The position numbers were made by a program, and so were the translations under genes. From Malacoraja senta (lineage: Eukaryota): a stretch of 64,000 nt of DNA. The stretch spans positions 25,608,001-25,672,000 of the forward strand of contig CM075987.1 of assembly GCA_038087875.1 (NCBI GenBank). The letters are read 5' to 3'. Under the pieces are notes generated by a model, which saw only the letters and a program-made list of their open reading frames with translations, made no database searches and was not told the origin of the DNA. This document shows positions 11,834 through 24,277 of this stretch, in pieces. Position 1 is the first letter of the stretch, and every line of letters starts with the position of its first letter.

Positions 11834-12766
11834 TTCCATCTTAATATCAGGTGCTCCATTGGCTGAAAAAGTTCAAGCCAGTAGCTAAATATCTTTAACC
11901 ATCAGCTTCTATCACTTCTGGTATCGTCAATAATTGGTAGCAGGGCTAACCATACACAGAGTATGTTGGGACATGCTCTTTGTAACCTTTGACCAATCCC
12001 TTAACTTGGTGAATCAATGGCAAGTGATGAAGACAAAATTGCAATTAGTTCCCTCCAATAGCCTGCCAATTGATCTTTTGTACAATACGCCAAAAACAAG
12101 ATTAAAAAATCAATCCACGTTTTTCCGAGGAAACTTTGAGGGCATCGATTCCGCGTGCAACTTGAAAATTGAGACGTCCAATTGGCGATTCAATGAGGGA
12201 AAAAAGAAGCGGTAAGCTGTGTAAAATTGGAACCATTCCAAAGTAAGTATTATTGAACGTGGTAGGTTGTGTCAAAAATAAATCGCAAAGCTTCAAGAAG
12301 ACAGTGTCTCCGAAGAAGGGTCTTGACCCGAAACATCACCCATTCCTTCTCTCCAGAGATGCTGCCTGTCCCATTGAGTTACTCTGGCATTTTGTGTCTG
12401 TCAAGGGATAGGGATACGTGGAGTGCCTAAAAATCTTTCAAGTCCTCTTCCTGTGTTATAATAATTCTGTGCTTTAAAGAAGGTTGAAACTGAGCATGTG
12501 TAGATGGCACTCACTGCACTTTACTTTCGTTAGATTCTCTTCTCTGTCACCAAAGGACAAATGGCAACAATTTGAAAATGATATAATTTTGACAGCGATA
12601 ACACTATTGGTGCTGTTCCGTCTCACTTTCATCTTGTGAAGAAGGTATCTGGAATTGGTAAGCTACTGTGTTTCATCCAACAGAGATAATTGTTTAACAC
12701 TTTAAAAATGTGTACTGTATAAATAAATAAAATCACCAACTAGAGTGTGGTCCTGGCGTACCGTGG

Positions 12767-13040
12767 CTGGCACGGTGGTGCAATGGTAGACTTGCTGCCT
12801 TACTGCGCCAGAGGTCCGGGTTCTGTACTGTCTGTACGGCATTTGTACCTTCTCCCCGTGATCTGCGTTGGTTTTCTCCTGGATCTGTGGTTCCCACCCA
12901 CACTCCAAAGACGTACAGGTTTGTAGGTTAATTGGCTTGGTATAAATGTAAATTGACCCTAGTGTGTAAGACAGTGTTAATGTGTGGGGATCACTGGTCA
13001 ATGCGGACTCAGTGGGTCGAAGAGCCTGTCTCCGTGCTGT
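12767..13040 (+). mobile_element. HE1-like V-SINE, tail interrupted by CR1
   Basis: Head and V-domain present; tail resumes at 13670 (TATCTCTAAACTAAA). Confidence 0.8.
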
Positions 13041-13670
13041 ATAGGAGCATTTGAGTATAGGAGCAGGGAGGTTCTACTGCAGTTGTACAGGGTCTTGGTG
13101 AGACCACACCTGGAGTATTGCGTACAGTTTTGGTCTCCTAATCTGAGGAAGGACATTCTTGCCATAGAGGGAGTGCAGAGAAGGTTCACCAGACTGATTC
13201 CTGGGATGTCAGGACTTTCATATGAAGAAAGACTGGATAGACTCAGCTTGTACTCGCTAGAATTTAGAAGATTGAGGGGGGATCTTATAGAAACTTACAA
13301 AATTCTTAAGGGGTTGGACAGGCTAGATGCAGGAAGATTGTTCCCGATGTTGGGGATGTCCAGAACAAGGGGTCACAGTTTAAGGATAAAGGGGAAATCT
13401 TTTAGGACTGAGATGAGAAAAACATTTTTTACACAGAGAGTGGTGAATCTCTGGAATTCTCTGCCACAGAATGTAGTTGAGGCCAGTTCATTGGCTATAT
13501 TTAAGAGGGAGTTAGATGTGGCCCTTGTGGCTAAAGGGATCAGGGGGTATGGAGAGAAAGCAGGTACGGGATACTGAGTTGGATGATCAGCCATGATCAT
13601 ATTGAATGGCGGTGCAGGCTCGAAGGGCCGAATGGCCTACTCCTGCACCTATTTTTCTATGTTTCTATGT
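13041..13670 (+). mobile_element. Young CR1 LINE 3' fragment with open RT C-terminal frame
   Basis: Uninterrupted FEYRSREVLLQLYRVLVRPHLEYCVQFWSP...GYGEKAGTGY*; tail (TTTCTATG)n; TGTAT duplicated at the junctions. Confidence 0.92.
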
Positions 13671-13689
13671 ATCTCTAAACTAAATAAAC

Positions 13690-13905
13690 TGAACTACCAT
13701 CGACCTCATTGGAGACCCTCGGACTATCTTTAATGGGACTTTACTGGAGTTTAATTTGCACTCAAAGTTATTTCCTTTATCCGATATCTGTTCACTGTGG
13801 ACGGCTTGATTGTAATCATGTATTGTCTTTCTGCTGACTGGATCGGATGCAACAACAAAGCCTTTCATTGTACCTCGGTACTCATGACAATAAACTAAAC
13901 TAATG
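13690..13905 (+). mobile_element. Rex1-like LINE 3' UTR fragment
   Basis: GATTGTAATCATGTATTGTCTTTC...TACCTCGGTAC...GACAATAAACTAAAC; family also at about 10240, 18700, 29885, 35150, 44145, 53090, 56240 and 61770. Confidence 0.65.
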
Positions 13906-14660
13906 CTAAAACCATAAGCTGCCGACTGCAATATACTCTGATCCCTCTCGATTTACAGTACATTTTAAGGGTCAAAAGCTTTTAATTAACCTGCCTCTGA
14001 ACAATGGCAGCATGTTGACACCCCCAACATGCACAGAAATTAACGTTGCAATGTACCAAACCCATTCTTAGTGAACAGGTTGAATAACCAATTGCATTCC
14101 ACGTCGTATTGTATTCTTGCTTTCCACAATAAGCAAACTATATGCTTGGACTCACCAAAGGTGTAGTTTTAAATCATTCCACGTCAGCTCTCAAAGAGGA
14201 ATTGAAAGCATATTTGAAAATAGAGGAAGAACAAGAATTGGACTATGGGAAATTAACAGGGAATCAACAAAAGGTTCTTTCAAAAAGCTGGTACAAGAAT
14301 CCTCCATTATTCCATGCCGTAGGAGATTTGCTCATATTCATATGCTAAACATTTTTGCTTTCAGCGTCAATCTGTTTGCAGTTTTACAGCTGCAAGCCAA
14401 TCTTAAATACTCGACAGTTATTTCACCGGCAAGTTAATGATAAAGGCACAGATGGGAAACGCACTGTGCTTGAAAAATTAATCAACTGAACTTTGCCGCT
14501 ACACGAGCTGCTAAAGGTTCCAACAAAAGACATGACAATCCACATCCTGACAAAGGACACACCAATGATGTTGTAACTCATGCTCAACTTCTGTGCTCAG
14601 TCCTAGTGTCACAAATCCCTTTATGTTGTCAGAGAATATACATCCAAATGTACAACAGCT

Positions 14661-14940
14661 CAGTTTAGTTTAGAGATACAGCATGGAACCAGGCCCTTCG
14701 GCCCACCGAATCCGCACTGGCCAGCCATCCCCGCACACTAACACTATCCAATTTACAATTATACCAAGCCAATTAACCTACAAACCTGTACGTCTTTGGA
14801 GTGTGGGAGGAAACCGGAGCACCCGGGGAAAACCCACGCAGGTCGCAGGGAGAACGTACAAGCTCCGTACAGACAGCACCCGCAGTCGGGATAGAACCCG
14901 GGTCCCTGGCGCTGTAAGGCAGCAACTCTACCACTGTGCC
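14661..14940 (-). mobile_element. HE1-like V-SINE
   Basis: Reverse complement of the family consensus. Confidence 0.85.
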
Positions 14941-15129
14941 AGTCACCCCTGAGTGACTGAATGACTGAATTACTGCTGATCCAAAGACATGTTCAAATCT
15001 TGCCTTGGCAGTAAGGGGGATTTAAATTCATGTAATTAGGTAATGCTGATGACTATGAAACTTATCCAAAATTCTAACTCAATCTGACCTATTTGTAAGC
15101 CCAGATCAATCAATCTATTTGGGCTTCAT

Positions 15130-15416
15130 GTTCATAAGTGAGAGGAAAAGAATTAGGCCATTTGGCTCATCAAGTCTAATCCACCATTCAATCATGTCTG
15201 ATCTATCTCTCCCTACTAACCCCATTCTCCTGCCTTCTCCCCATAACCCCTGATACCTGTACTAATCAAGTATCTATCTATCTCCGCCTTAAAAGTATCC
15301 ATTGATTTGGCCTCCACAGCCTTCCGTGGCAATTAATTCCACAGATTCACCATCCTCTGATTCAATAAATTCCTCCCCATTTCCTTCCTAAAGGAACAGC
15401 CTTTAATTCTGAGGCT
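15130..15416 (-). mobile_element. CR1 LINE 3' end
   Basis: CR1 3' UTR and RT tail, flanked by a diverged duplication of about 45 bp. Confidence 0.8.
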
Positions 15417-15756
15417 CAAACTGACCTATATGTGAGTCCAGATCAACCAATATAGTTGAGTTTCAATTGCTTGTGGGAATTCTCTGCTCTCTTCGTGGAT
15501 GTTGCCAATATGATGCGGATTTTAAGAAATGTTGCCATTGCTCAAACAATCTTTTTTTGTTGCAGGCTTTTTGGGGATTTTTAAAGCTAAATTTTGGAAG
15601 CAAAGGCTTTCACTTCTGGTTCCCTCTGCTCATTACTCATTATGTTGAAGGGGGTTCTCCTTATCAACAGCTGAGCACGTGGATGGATTATCTCATCACT
15701 AATGTCTTTGTAATCTGGAATGCAATGACTGAGTGGGTGGTGGAGACGGGTCCTTA

Positions 15757-16260
15757 AGGGCCTGTCCCACTTGCATGCGATTGCATGCGTTTGGCGCGAA
15801 CAACCGGAAGCGGAGTTCGCGCTAAGTTCGCGCTAAGTTTGCGCGTGACGTCATTTACGTCATGCTTACAAATCAGCTGGGCAGGAGGCGGGCCGACTGA
15901 ATTTGGGCGTCGCACGGTGACGTCATCAGGCAACGCCACGCCGGGTGGTGATGTCATCACGCAACGCCACGCGCTAGGCGTACGCTGTCAAGATGCTGCG
16001 TGCGACGTCAAGACGCTGCATACGACCGCAATGCGGCTGCGTGCGTACGCGGGCCGACAGGCCGTTGGCGCGCGAAGATTTTGGTCGCTGCAGGAATTTC
16101 GGAGCCCCGCGCGATGTCGGGACCAGCCCCGCACAACTCCATACCCCTCCGCGCTTCTAAGTGGGACCGGCCCCGCGCGGCCATACGGTGCCCGTACGCC
16201 TCAAGCGACCACGAGGTCGCGTAATTTGCGCGCCAAGGTCGCTTAAGTGGGACAGGCCCT
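15757..16260. mobile_element. PIF/Harbinger-type MITE, 504 bp, CpG-rich
   Basis: Perfect TIRs AGGGCCTGTCCCACTT / AAGTGGGACAGGCCCT; TTA TSD (15754-15756, 16261-16263). Confidence 0.9.
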
Positions 16261-16361
16261 TTAGATCACCAACGCCCAGAAGGTTATCCCACCTGGTGCT
16301 GGTAAATAGGATTTGTGTAGATGGGCAACATGAATTTAGGAAGAAGATAGGGAGGAATTTC

Positions 16362-16690
16362 GTCCACTAGCAGGAGAGTGTCGGACTAGAGGTCACAGCC
16401 TCAGAATTAAAGGATGTTCCTTTAGGAAGGAGATGAGGAGGAATTTCTTTAAACAGAGGGTGGTGAATCTGTGGAATTCGTTGCCACCGAAGGCTGTGGA
16501 GGCCAAGTGAATGGATATTTTTAAGGCAGAGATAGACAGATTCTTGATCAGTACGGGTGTCAGGGGTTATGGGGAGAAGGCAGGAGAATGGGATTACGAG
16601 GGAAAGATAGATCAGCCATGATTGAATGGCAGAGTAGACTTGATGGACTGAATGGCCTAATTCTGTTCCTATCACTTATGAACTTATGCT
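16362..16690 (+). mobile_element. CR1 LINE 3' fragment
   Basis: RTRGHSLRIKG-type coding remnant plus 3' UTR. Confidence 0.85.
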
Positions 16691-17213
16691 TGAGACGGAC
16701 CAAAGAGCCTGTGTCTGCGCACCAGAGCAATATGTCTATGATTCGCTAAAGCAGGGCTATATCTTCAAGATACAGCAGGTGCCTATGACTGAGGATGCAT
16801 AATTAGGCTATAATATCTCACCGCCTTTAACAGAGAACAAATAACTACTACTGTATTTTGCTTAATCACAATACTGTTGGCTAGCTGTAAACATTTCCCA
16901 GATTGAAATGTCATCAGTTCTTGGCAAATTAGTTTAATTTCTCATCAAACTGAAGATATTAATGCGATGTGACATTATTACAAGTGGCAATATGTTGCAA
17001 ATTTCTTTGCCTTCATCGGGGCTTACAGTTATGCTCATGCAGAAAAAAAATCCTTAGAACTGGATCATGAAAGGTCACTGGAAGAATAATTAGAAAATAT
17101 TTTTAATAGCACAGTATGTCAGTGAGAAGATATACAAGCGGCCCGATATTGACATTGATCAAATGAAAGGGGGAAAAAAAATGAATTCAAAGGCAGATTG
17201 AGGTACATCTTTT

Positions 17214-17695
17214 ATAGACACAAAAAGCTGGAGTAACTCAGCGGGACAGGCAGCATCTCTGGAGAGAAGGAATGGGTGGTGTTTCGGATCGAGACCCTTC
17301 TTCGGACCGAGTCAGGAAAGAGGAAGATACAAAGATAAGGAAGTGTAAGGTGTGATAATGAGACAAAGGGAATGGAGTTCAAGGAACATGTAGAATAGAT
17401 CATTGTTGGCTAGGTTAACAACAAAGCATACAGAGATCAAATGTAAACAAGAACAGTCAGACTGGTCGGAGAACTGGGAAGGGGGAGGGATGGGGCGAGA
17501 GAGGGAAAGCAAGGGTTACTTGAAGATAGAGAAGTCAATATTCAGACCGCTGGGGTGTAAGCTGCCCAAGCGAAATATGAGGTGCCGTTCCTCCAATTTG
17601 CGCTGGGCCTCACTCTGACAGTGGAGGAGGCCCAGGACAGAAAGGTCAGTGTGGGAATGGGAGGGGGAGTTGAAGTGTTTGGCAACCGGGAGATG
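17214..17695 (-). mobile_element. Penelope-like element GIY-YIG C-terminus and 3' UTR
   Basis: LPVAKHFNSPSHSHTDLSVLGLLHCQSEAQRKLEERHLIFRLGSLHPSGLNIDFSIFK*. Confidence 0.85.
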
Positions 17696-18074
17696 AACAA
17701 CAGGTACATCTTTTTCTTGGTTGTCTATCAGTTGGACCTTGATGCTTAGACCCTTGTTCATTGCCTCTATCAAGGAGAGCAGAATAAAACTTTGCTGTGC
17801 ATCTTATTGATTAAGAAATCCCGATAGTCCGGCTTCAGTGTCGATAATTTTGTTTTGTTTAGTTGAGAGATACAGTGTGGAAACGCAGTGAATGTCCCTG
17901 CCTCCGTCATTGTGTCTGGCAGAAAACTTCCAGAATTTAAACCATCCTCTGAATGAAAAAAATCTTCCTCAAAACCTCACCAAAACTCCCTCCCCTCACC
18001 TCAAACATATACCTACTACTTAGGGATATCTCAACTAATGGAAAGTTTCTCACCATAAATGTTCTTTCCACATA

Positions 18075-18285
18075 TAGACACAAAATGCTGGAGTAACTCA
18101 GCTGGACAGGCAGCATCTCTGGAGAGAAGGAATGGGTGACATTTTGGGTTGAGACCCTTCCTCAGTCTTGACCTGAAACGTCACCCATTCCTTATCTCCT
18201 GAGATGCAGCCTGTCCCCCGATTTGTTCCTCCAACTTTCTGTGTCTATCTTCGGTTAAACCAGCATCTGCAGTTCCTTCCTGCAC
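18075..18285. mobile_element. Penelope-derived palindromic insert
   Basis: Inverted pair of terminal modules. Confidence 0.7.
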
Positions 18286-19024
18286 ATTTCTTTCCACAGA
18301 TATCATGCTCAAATTATTAATGTATATTAACATATCCCGAATAAGTCCCATACTGTTCCCTGGAAAACACCATTGTCGCCGTTCTTGAAGCTGAGTTTTA
18401 GTATTAGTAGTTTTAGTGTTATTTATACAGTGCGGTAAACAGGCCCTTCGGCCCACCGAGTCCGTGCCAACCAGCGATCCCTGCACACTAACACCATCCG
18501 ACACACACAAATTTGTATTCCCCAATCGAGTCCCCTCTCAGCATATTAAAGACCATCTCTGGAGAAAAGGAATAGGTGACATCTCGGGTTGAAACCCTTC
18601 TTCAGACTCGTCGAGTTACTCCAGCTTTTTGTGTCTATCTTCGGTGTAAACCAGCATCTGACGCACCTCCCTACCCATATTTAATTATCATCTGAATACC
18701 ATAAATGGCTCGATTGTAATCATGTATTGTCTTTCCGCTGACTGAGTCAGCACGCAACAAAAACGTTTCACTGTACCTCGGTACACGTGACAATAAACTA
18801 AACTGAAGCAAATTAAACAAAATATCTCACAGACTGAATCTTTAATCTCTTTGAAGCACAGGATTTGATATTGAACATGGATGCGTCCTTATTAATAACT
18901 GAACGATGTTCCATGAATTAGATTTGTCTTATTTAGCTGCTACACCATTCATTTTTTCATCACCTTTTTTAGTAACCCATTTTAAATCCCGTTATTCTCT
19001 GGAGGAGATTATTCTAGCTTCTTT

Positions 19025-19670
19025 CATAGATCATAGAGTCACAGAGTGATACAGTGTGGAAACAGGCCCAACTCGCCCACACCGGCCAACAATGTCCCAG
19101 CTACACTAGTCCCACTTGCCTGCGCTTGGTCCATAACCCTCCAAACCTGTCCAATCCATGTACCTGTCTAACTGTTTCTTAAACGATGGGATAGTCCCAG
19201 CCTCAATTACCTCCGCTGGCAACTTGTTCCATACGCCCACCACCCTTTGTGTGAAAAGGTTACCCTTTGGATTCCTATTATATCTTTTCCCCTTCACCTT
19301 GCACCTATGGTCCTCAATTCCCCTAATCTGGGCAAATCATTGATGTAGATGACAAACAGTAACGGGCCCATCACCGAACCCTGAGGCACACCACTAGTCA
19401 CCAGCCTCCAGTCCGAGAAGCAACCTTCCACCATGCAGCCAATTTGCTTCCTTCAATGGAGCCAATTTGCTATCCATTCAGCTATCTCTCCTTGGATCAC
19501 ATGCGATCTAACCTTCCAGAGCAACCGACCATGCGGAACGTTGTCGAATGCCTTACTGAAGTCCATGTACATAACATCTACAGCTCTGCCCTCATCAACC
19601 TTATGGGTAAAAAAAATCAATCAGATTTGTGAGGTACGACCTTCGACGTAGAAAGCCATGCTGACTATCC
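19025..19670 (-). mobile_element. CR1 LINE fragments (RT and 3' end, internally deleted)
   Basis: KGNLFTQRVVGVWNKLP...FKKQLDRYMD; upstream minus-strand AVDVMYMDFSKAFDNVPHGRL RT motif. Confidence 0.8.
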
Positions 19671-19704
19671 TTAGTCATTCCACGTACAAAACCATGCTGA
19701 CCAA

Positions 19705-19760
19705 TGACTTTGAGTCCTGAAAAGCGCTATATAAATAAAATCTATTATTATTATTATTAT
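19705..19760 (+). mobile_element. L2-type 3' tail
   Basis: GACTTTGAGTCCTGAAAAGCGCTATATAAATAAAATC(TAT)n; reverse copy at 55360-55421. Confidence 0.6.
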
Positions 19761-19884
19761 CCCTCTCCTCCAAGGGCATTTGAACTGAGATGACTTAAGC
19801 AAACGGGAGTTCCCCAGAATATTTTGGATTAAGCATCATCAGAGTTGAGGCTCATTATTACAGCAGTAGTTTTTTTTTGTATGC

Positions 19885-20235
19885 AGGGGTAGCAGCAGTA
19901 GAGTGGCTGCCTTACAACGACAGGGAGTTGGGTTCAATCCTTACGGGCGCTGTCTGCACGAAGTTTGTACCTTCTCCCCGTGACCTGCGTGGGTTTTCTC
20001 CGGTTTCCTCCCACACTCCGAAGACCTACAGGTTTGCAGGTTAATTGGCTTTGATAAAGAATGTAAATTGTCCCTAGTGTGTGTCGGACAGTGTTAGTGT
20101 GCGGGGATCGCCGGTCAGTGCAGACTCGGTGGGCTGAAGGGCCTGTTTCCGTGCTGTATCTCTAAACTAAACTAAAATCAACTAAATTAAATTAAACTTG
20201 ACTAGACTAAACTGAACTAACTAAACTAAACTAAT
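19885..20235 (+). mobile_element. HE1-like V-SINE
   Basis: Consensus match with expanded (CTAAA)n tail. Confidence 0.85.
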
Positions 20236-20579
20236 TAAAAAAATCTCTGTATTAATTGCCTAGACTGTCCACAATTAATACAAAAAATAACAGGAAGATG
20301 GGTTTCATGCCCTGAGAATTTTCATCTGTTAAGACACTGGTAATAATACATAAATTCATTAGATTTATCATCCGATTTACGTTTTACCAAGTAATGAAAC
20401 TTTAATGTATGAAAGTAATTGAGTATTATAGCCTTTTGAGAAATGTGGACTGGTTTGATTCAGATCACTGTATAAACTGTGATGTTCTTAATTTTCAATA
20501 AATTGATTTTATGAAATATTGACTCTGACCCCATTGAAATTGCTGCTACTATTCTTGAAAGGAACAAGGTAGAAGATCA

Positions 20580-20795
20580 GTACAGGAAGGAACTGCAGAT
20601 GCTAGTTTACACCGAAGATAGATACAAAATGCTGGAGCAACTCAGCGGGACAGGCAGCATCTACGGATGGAAGGAATGGTCGAGACCCTTCTTCAAGTCT
20701 GAAGAAGGGTCTCAACCCGCGATGTCACCCATTCCTTCTATCCAGAGAAGCTGCCTGTTCCACTGAGTTACCCCAGCATTTTGTGTCTATCTAAG
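20580..20795. mobile_element. Penelope-derived palindromic insert
   Basis: Inverted terminal modules meeting at CCCTTCTTCAAGTCTGAAGAAGGG. Confidence 0.75.
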
Positions 20796-21360
20796 GTAGG
20801 AGGTCACTCTATGAATCCATCACATCTATGTCAGCTAGACATATACAGTGAATATTATCTGAAAAGTAAACGACAGTAAAATTCCTACCATCAAGCACTA
20901 TTGGGATTTTGGGCAGTGCCAGAGTAACAGGTGCTTCAGATATTATTCAGGGTTTAAGGTGAGGGGGGAAGGATTGCAATAGTTATCTGAGGGGTACCTT
21001 TTTCACACAGAGAGTTGTGGGTGTATGGAACAAGCTGCCAGAGGAGGTAATTAAGGCAGATACTCTGCACAGAAACATAACCTCTTTGACACCCGAACTA
21101 AGCAAGAATGATGTTTCGGGTTTTGTTCAGTATTGTCTATTGTCTATTGACCACGTGGGTTTTCTCCGGGTGCCCCGGTTTCCTCCCATTCTCCAAAGAC
21201 GTGCAGGTTTGTAGGTTAATTGGCGTTGGTAGAATTGTATATTGTCCCCATTGTGTGCATGGTAGTGTTAGTGTACAGGGGAATGCAAAGTGAGATTATA
21301 CAATTAATGGCAGGATGCTCCGCAGCTTTGTTGCCCAAAGGGATCTCGTGGATCAAGCAA

Positions 21361-21527
21361 AGGTAGACAAAAATGCAGGAGAAACACAGCGGGTGAGGCA
21401 GCATCTATGGAGCGAAGGAAATAGGCGACGTTTCGGGTCGAGACCCTGGTTGCCTCACCCGCTGAGTTTCTCCAGCATTTTTGTCTACCTTCGATTTTCC
21501 AGCATCTGCAGTTCCTTCTTAAACATT
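21361..21527. mobile_element. Penelope-derived insert with 14-bp TSD
   Basis: TCGTGGATCAAGCA at 21347 and 21528. Confidence 0.8.
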
Positions 21528-21669
21528 TCGTGGATCAAGCACATCGCTCCCTGAAAGTAGCAATACAAACAGGGCGGTAAAGAAGGCACACGGCCTGTGT
21601 TCCTTCAACAGTCAGAGTTGAGAGTAGAAGACTTAAGGAAGTTTTGTTGCAACTTCATAAAACTCTGTG

Positions 21670-22078
21670 TTTGGACACCTACGATCCTGGTGTTTGGACA
21701 CAAGGCAGGGAGTGGGGATGGCCGATCGGAGGGGGGGGGGGTGGGATCTCCCTGTCGGTTTGCTGCTGGGCCTGGCCAAGATGACCATTCGCGGGACCAG
21801 GCAGCGGGCGGTCGATGGTCATGCTAGAGTCGGCTGCCTGCCCATCTTCCAGGCCTACGTCCGTGCTCACGTGTCCCTGGAGAGGGAACACGCGGTGCCC
21901 ACGGGGACTCTGGAGGCCTTCCGTGGGCGCTGGTCACCGCGTGGGGTCGAGAGCATTGTAAATAATGACTGCTTGATTGTATTATAATGATTGCTTGATG
22001 TATTGCAACCTCTGAATGTGTTTTTGATGTGCTGTACTATGCATTTTTGCTGAATAATGTCCTTGCAAAAAGAAAAAG
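21670..22078 (+). mobile_element. Tx1/L1-clade LINE ORF2 C-terminal fragment
   Basis: LLLGLAKMTIRGTRQRAV...IFQAYVRAHVSLEREHAV..GTLEAFRGRW resembles Tx1 ORF2 C-termini; A-rich tail. Confidence 0.65.
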
Positions 22079-22928
22079 AGAGAGAGAGAGAGAGTCTGAA
22101 ACTTTCTCCTCGGGGGAAATGACAGATACAAGAGGGCTATTGATGAGCTTCAATCAACAAGGATAAGAGAGAGGAATTAAGTTGGATTTATCTTTGTCAT
22201 TTGATAGTGGTGAGATAGTTTGTGTTCACTTCTATGTGCCATAAATTTCTACGACTCTACATGGACCAGGAAAGACTTGTTGAAGGTTTTCAATTGGGCA
22301 AGGGCTAAATTATTTTTTATGATGTATGTATTGATCATCTGAATGTTATAGCACGGACAAGCCAAACTGCACAATGTACCCGTAATTAAACACCTTCCAC
22401 CTCCTTGCTCCAAAAGCAATCCCCACTTAAGCATTTACAACCTTATATCAGTGGAATCTGCAGCCAAGATTTACTAAGTTCACAACTGGCAGTGGGGAAT
22501 GTGGCTTTCCAGGAAACGACAATGTTATATCAAAGACAGACACAAAATGCTGGAGTAACTCAGCGGGACAGGCAGCATCTCTGGAGAGAAGGAATGGGTG
22601 ACGTTTCGGGTCGAGACCCTTCTTCGGACTCGAGCCGAAACATCACCCGTTCCTTCTCTCCAGAGTTGCTGCCTGTCCTGCTGAGTTACTCCAGATTTTT
22701 GTGTCCATCTTCTCTCAGAGATGCTGCCTGACCTGTCGAGTTACTCCAGCACTTTGAATCGTTTTATATCAAATGTCATTGATGTCCTGAGCCGAAATAT
22801 CATCTGTTCATTCCCCACATCGACCTGCTGAGTTCCTCTGGCATTTTTGTCTTTTGCTCAGCAGTTGCATGTGTCAATGTCACATCAAAGAGTTCCAGAG
22901 AAAGAAAACCAAACTGCTCAGATCCCTA

Positions 22929-23133
22929 GGTAGACGAAAATGCTGGAGAAACTCAGCGGGTGAGGCAGCATCTATGGAGCGAAGGAAATAGGCAACGTTT
23001 CGGGTCGAGACCCTTCTTCAGGCCCGAAACGTTGCCTATTTCCTTTGCTCCATAGATGCTGCTGCACCCGCTGAGTTTCTCCAGCACTTTTGTCTACCTT
23101 CGATTTTCCAGCATCTGCAGTTCCTTCTTAAAC
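22929..23133. mobile_element. Penelope-derived palindromic insert with 17-bp TSD
   Basis: AACTGCTCAGATCCCTA at 22912 and 23134; intact minus-strand hammerhead core at 22994-23021. Confidence 0.85.
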
Positions 23134-24277
23134 AACTGCTCAGATCCCTACCTGACTCTGGGAAGAGCCCATCACTAATTGTTCACTAGCTCAACAGTGT
23201 TTTATTTGTCACACATGCAACTGCACGGTGAAATTATTTTTTGCATTTATTACACATGCGGGCGCCGCCATTTTTGGCGGCATTATTCAAACTCCAAAGT
23301 CCGGTCGGCCCCCGGGAAGCAGTTCCCGTGAACCGACGTCCCTCCCTTCTCCTCTCCTCTCCTTGTCCGTCCATCCACAGAATCAGGCTAAGACTTATTG
23401 CAATTTACAAGGAGTTTCACAAAATCACGCCATCAAATCTCCCGTCATCCCAGAGCACCGACTGCCATGAAACAAGACCAAATAACGGTCCCTACATCAT
23501 CAACTCGCTAAATGTCCAATAAAGTTTGCTGCCAATATTCCCTTTACCCAAGGACGATGAGGGAATGGAATATGTTACCACCCAACACACGTCATTTAAA
23601 AAGGGGATTGAGCAACTAGATCTCCTCAACTTGGTCAAAAAGGCCCACTTCAAAATGTAATCACTACTCCACTCACTCCGACCTGGGCGAGATAACCACT
23701 GGTGAGGTGTTTGCACAGTAATCAACCAGAACCAGAACCTTTGTGTCCCGGGGGTGCCTCCCGCACCCGACCTTGAAGGCGCTGGAGGCATTACACCGGT
23801 TTACCCTCCCACCAGCCCCAGCTCCTCGCATCCGACGTCTCCAGCGGGCTCCTTCACGGTTACGCCGGCCGCCGAGACTTCAGGCACCTTCCCCATCCTG
23901 CTGGCCGGTGAGCCTTCGGGCAAGGTCTCGCCGACCGGCAAACCTTCGGGCGAACACCATGGCACCTCGGGAAGGCCTCTGCCGGGCAGCACTTTGGGAC
24001 ACATGATTGTTGACTCCAAAGGCCCTTTCCAAAACTAGACACAGACCTGTAGAACATTTGAACAGTTCCCAAATATTATTCTTGGCTCGCCTTCTCTTGT
24101 GCAGATCCTGAACACTGAACAAATTAAATATTCATGCTGATAAATACATGCATTCCAAATCAAAATCTGTTTTTGTTGTCAGCAAGGTTACCTTTCTGTT
24201 GACACTGACACAAAGTAAAAAGGCTTGCAATTTTAACTCCATCGGCACAGGAGAAACTTAGCTTGGTTGAAATAGAC

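Noticed and set aside
12984..13577. 197-aa host gene
   Set aside because: CR1 RT C-terminus fused by chance to SINE sequence.
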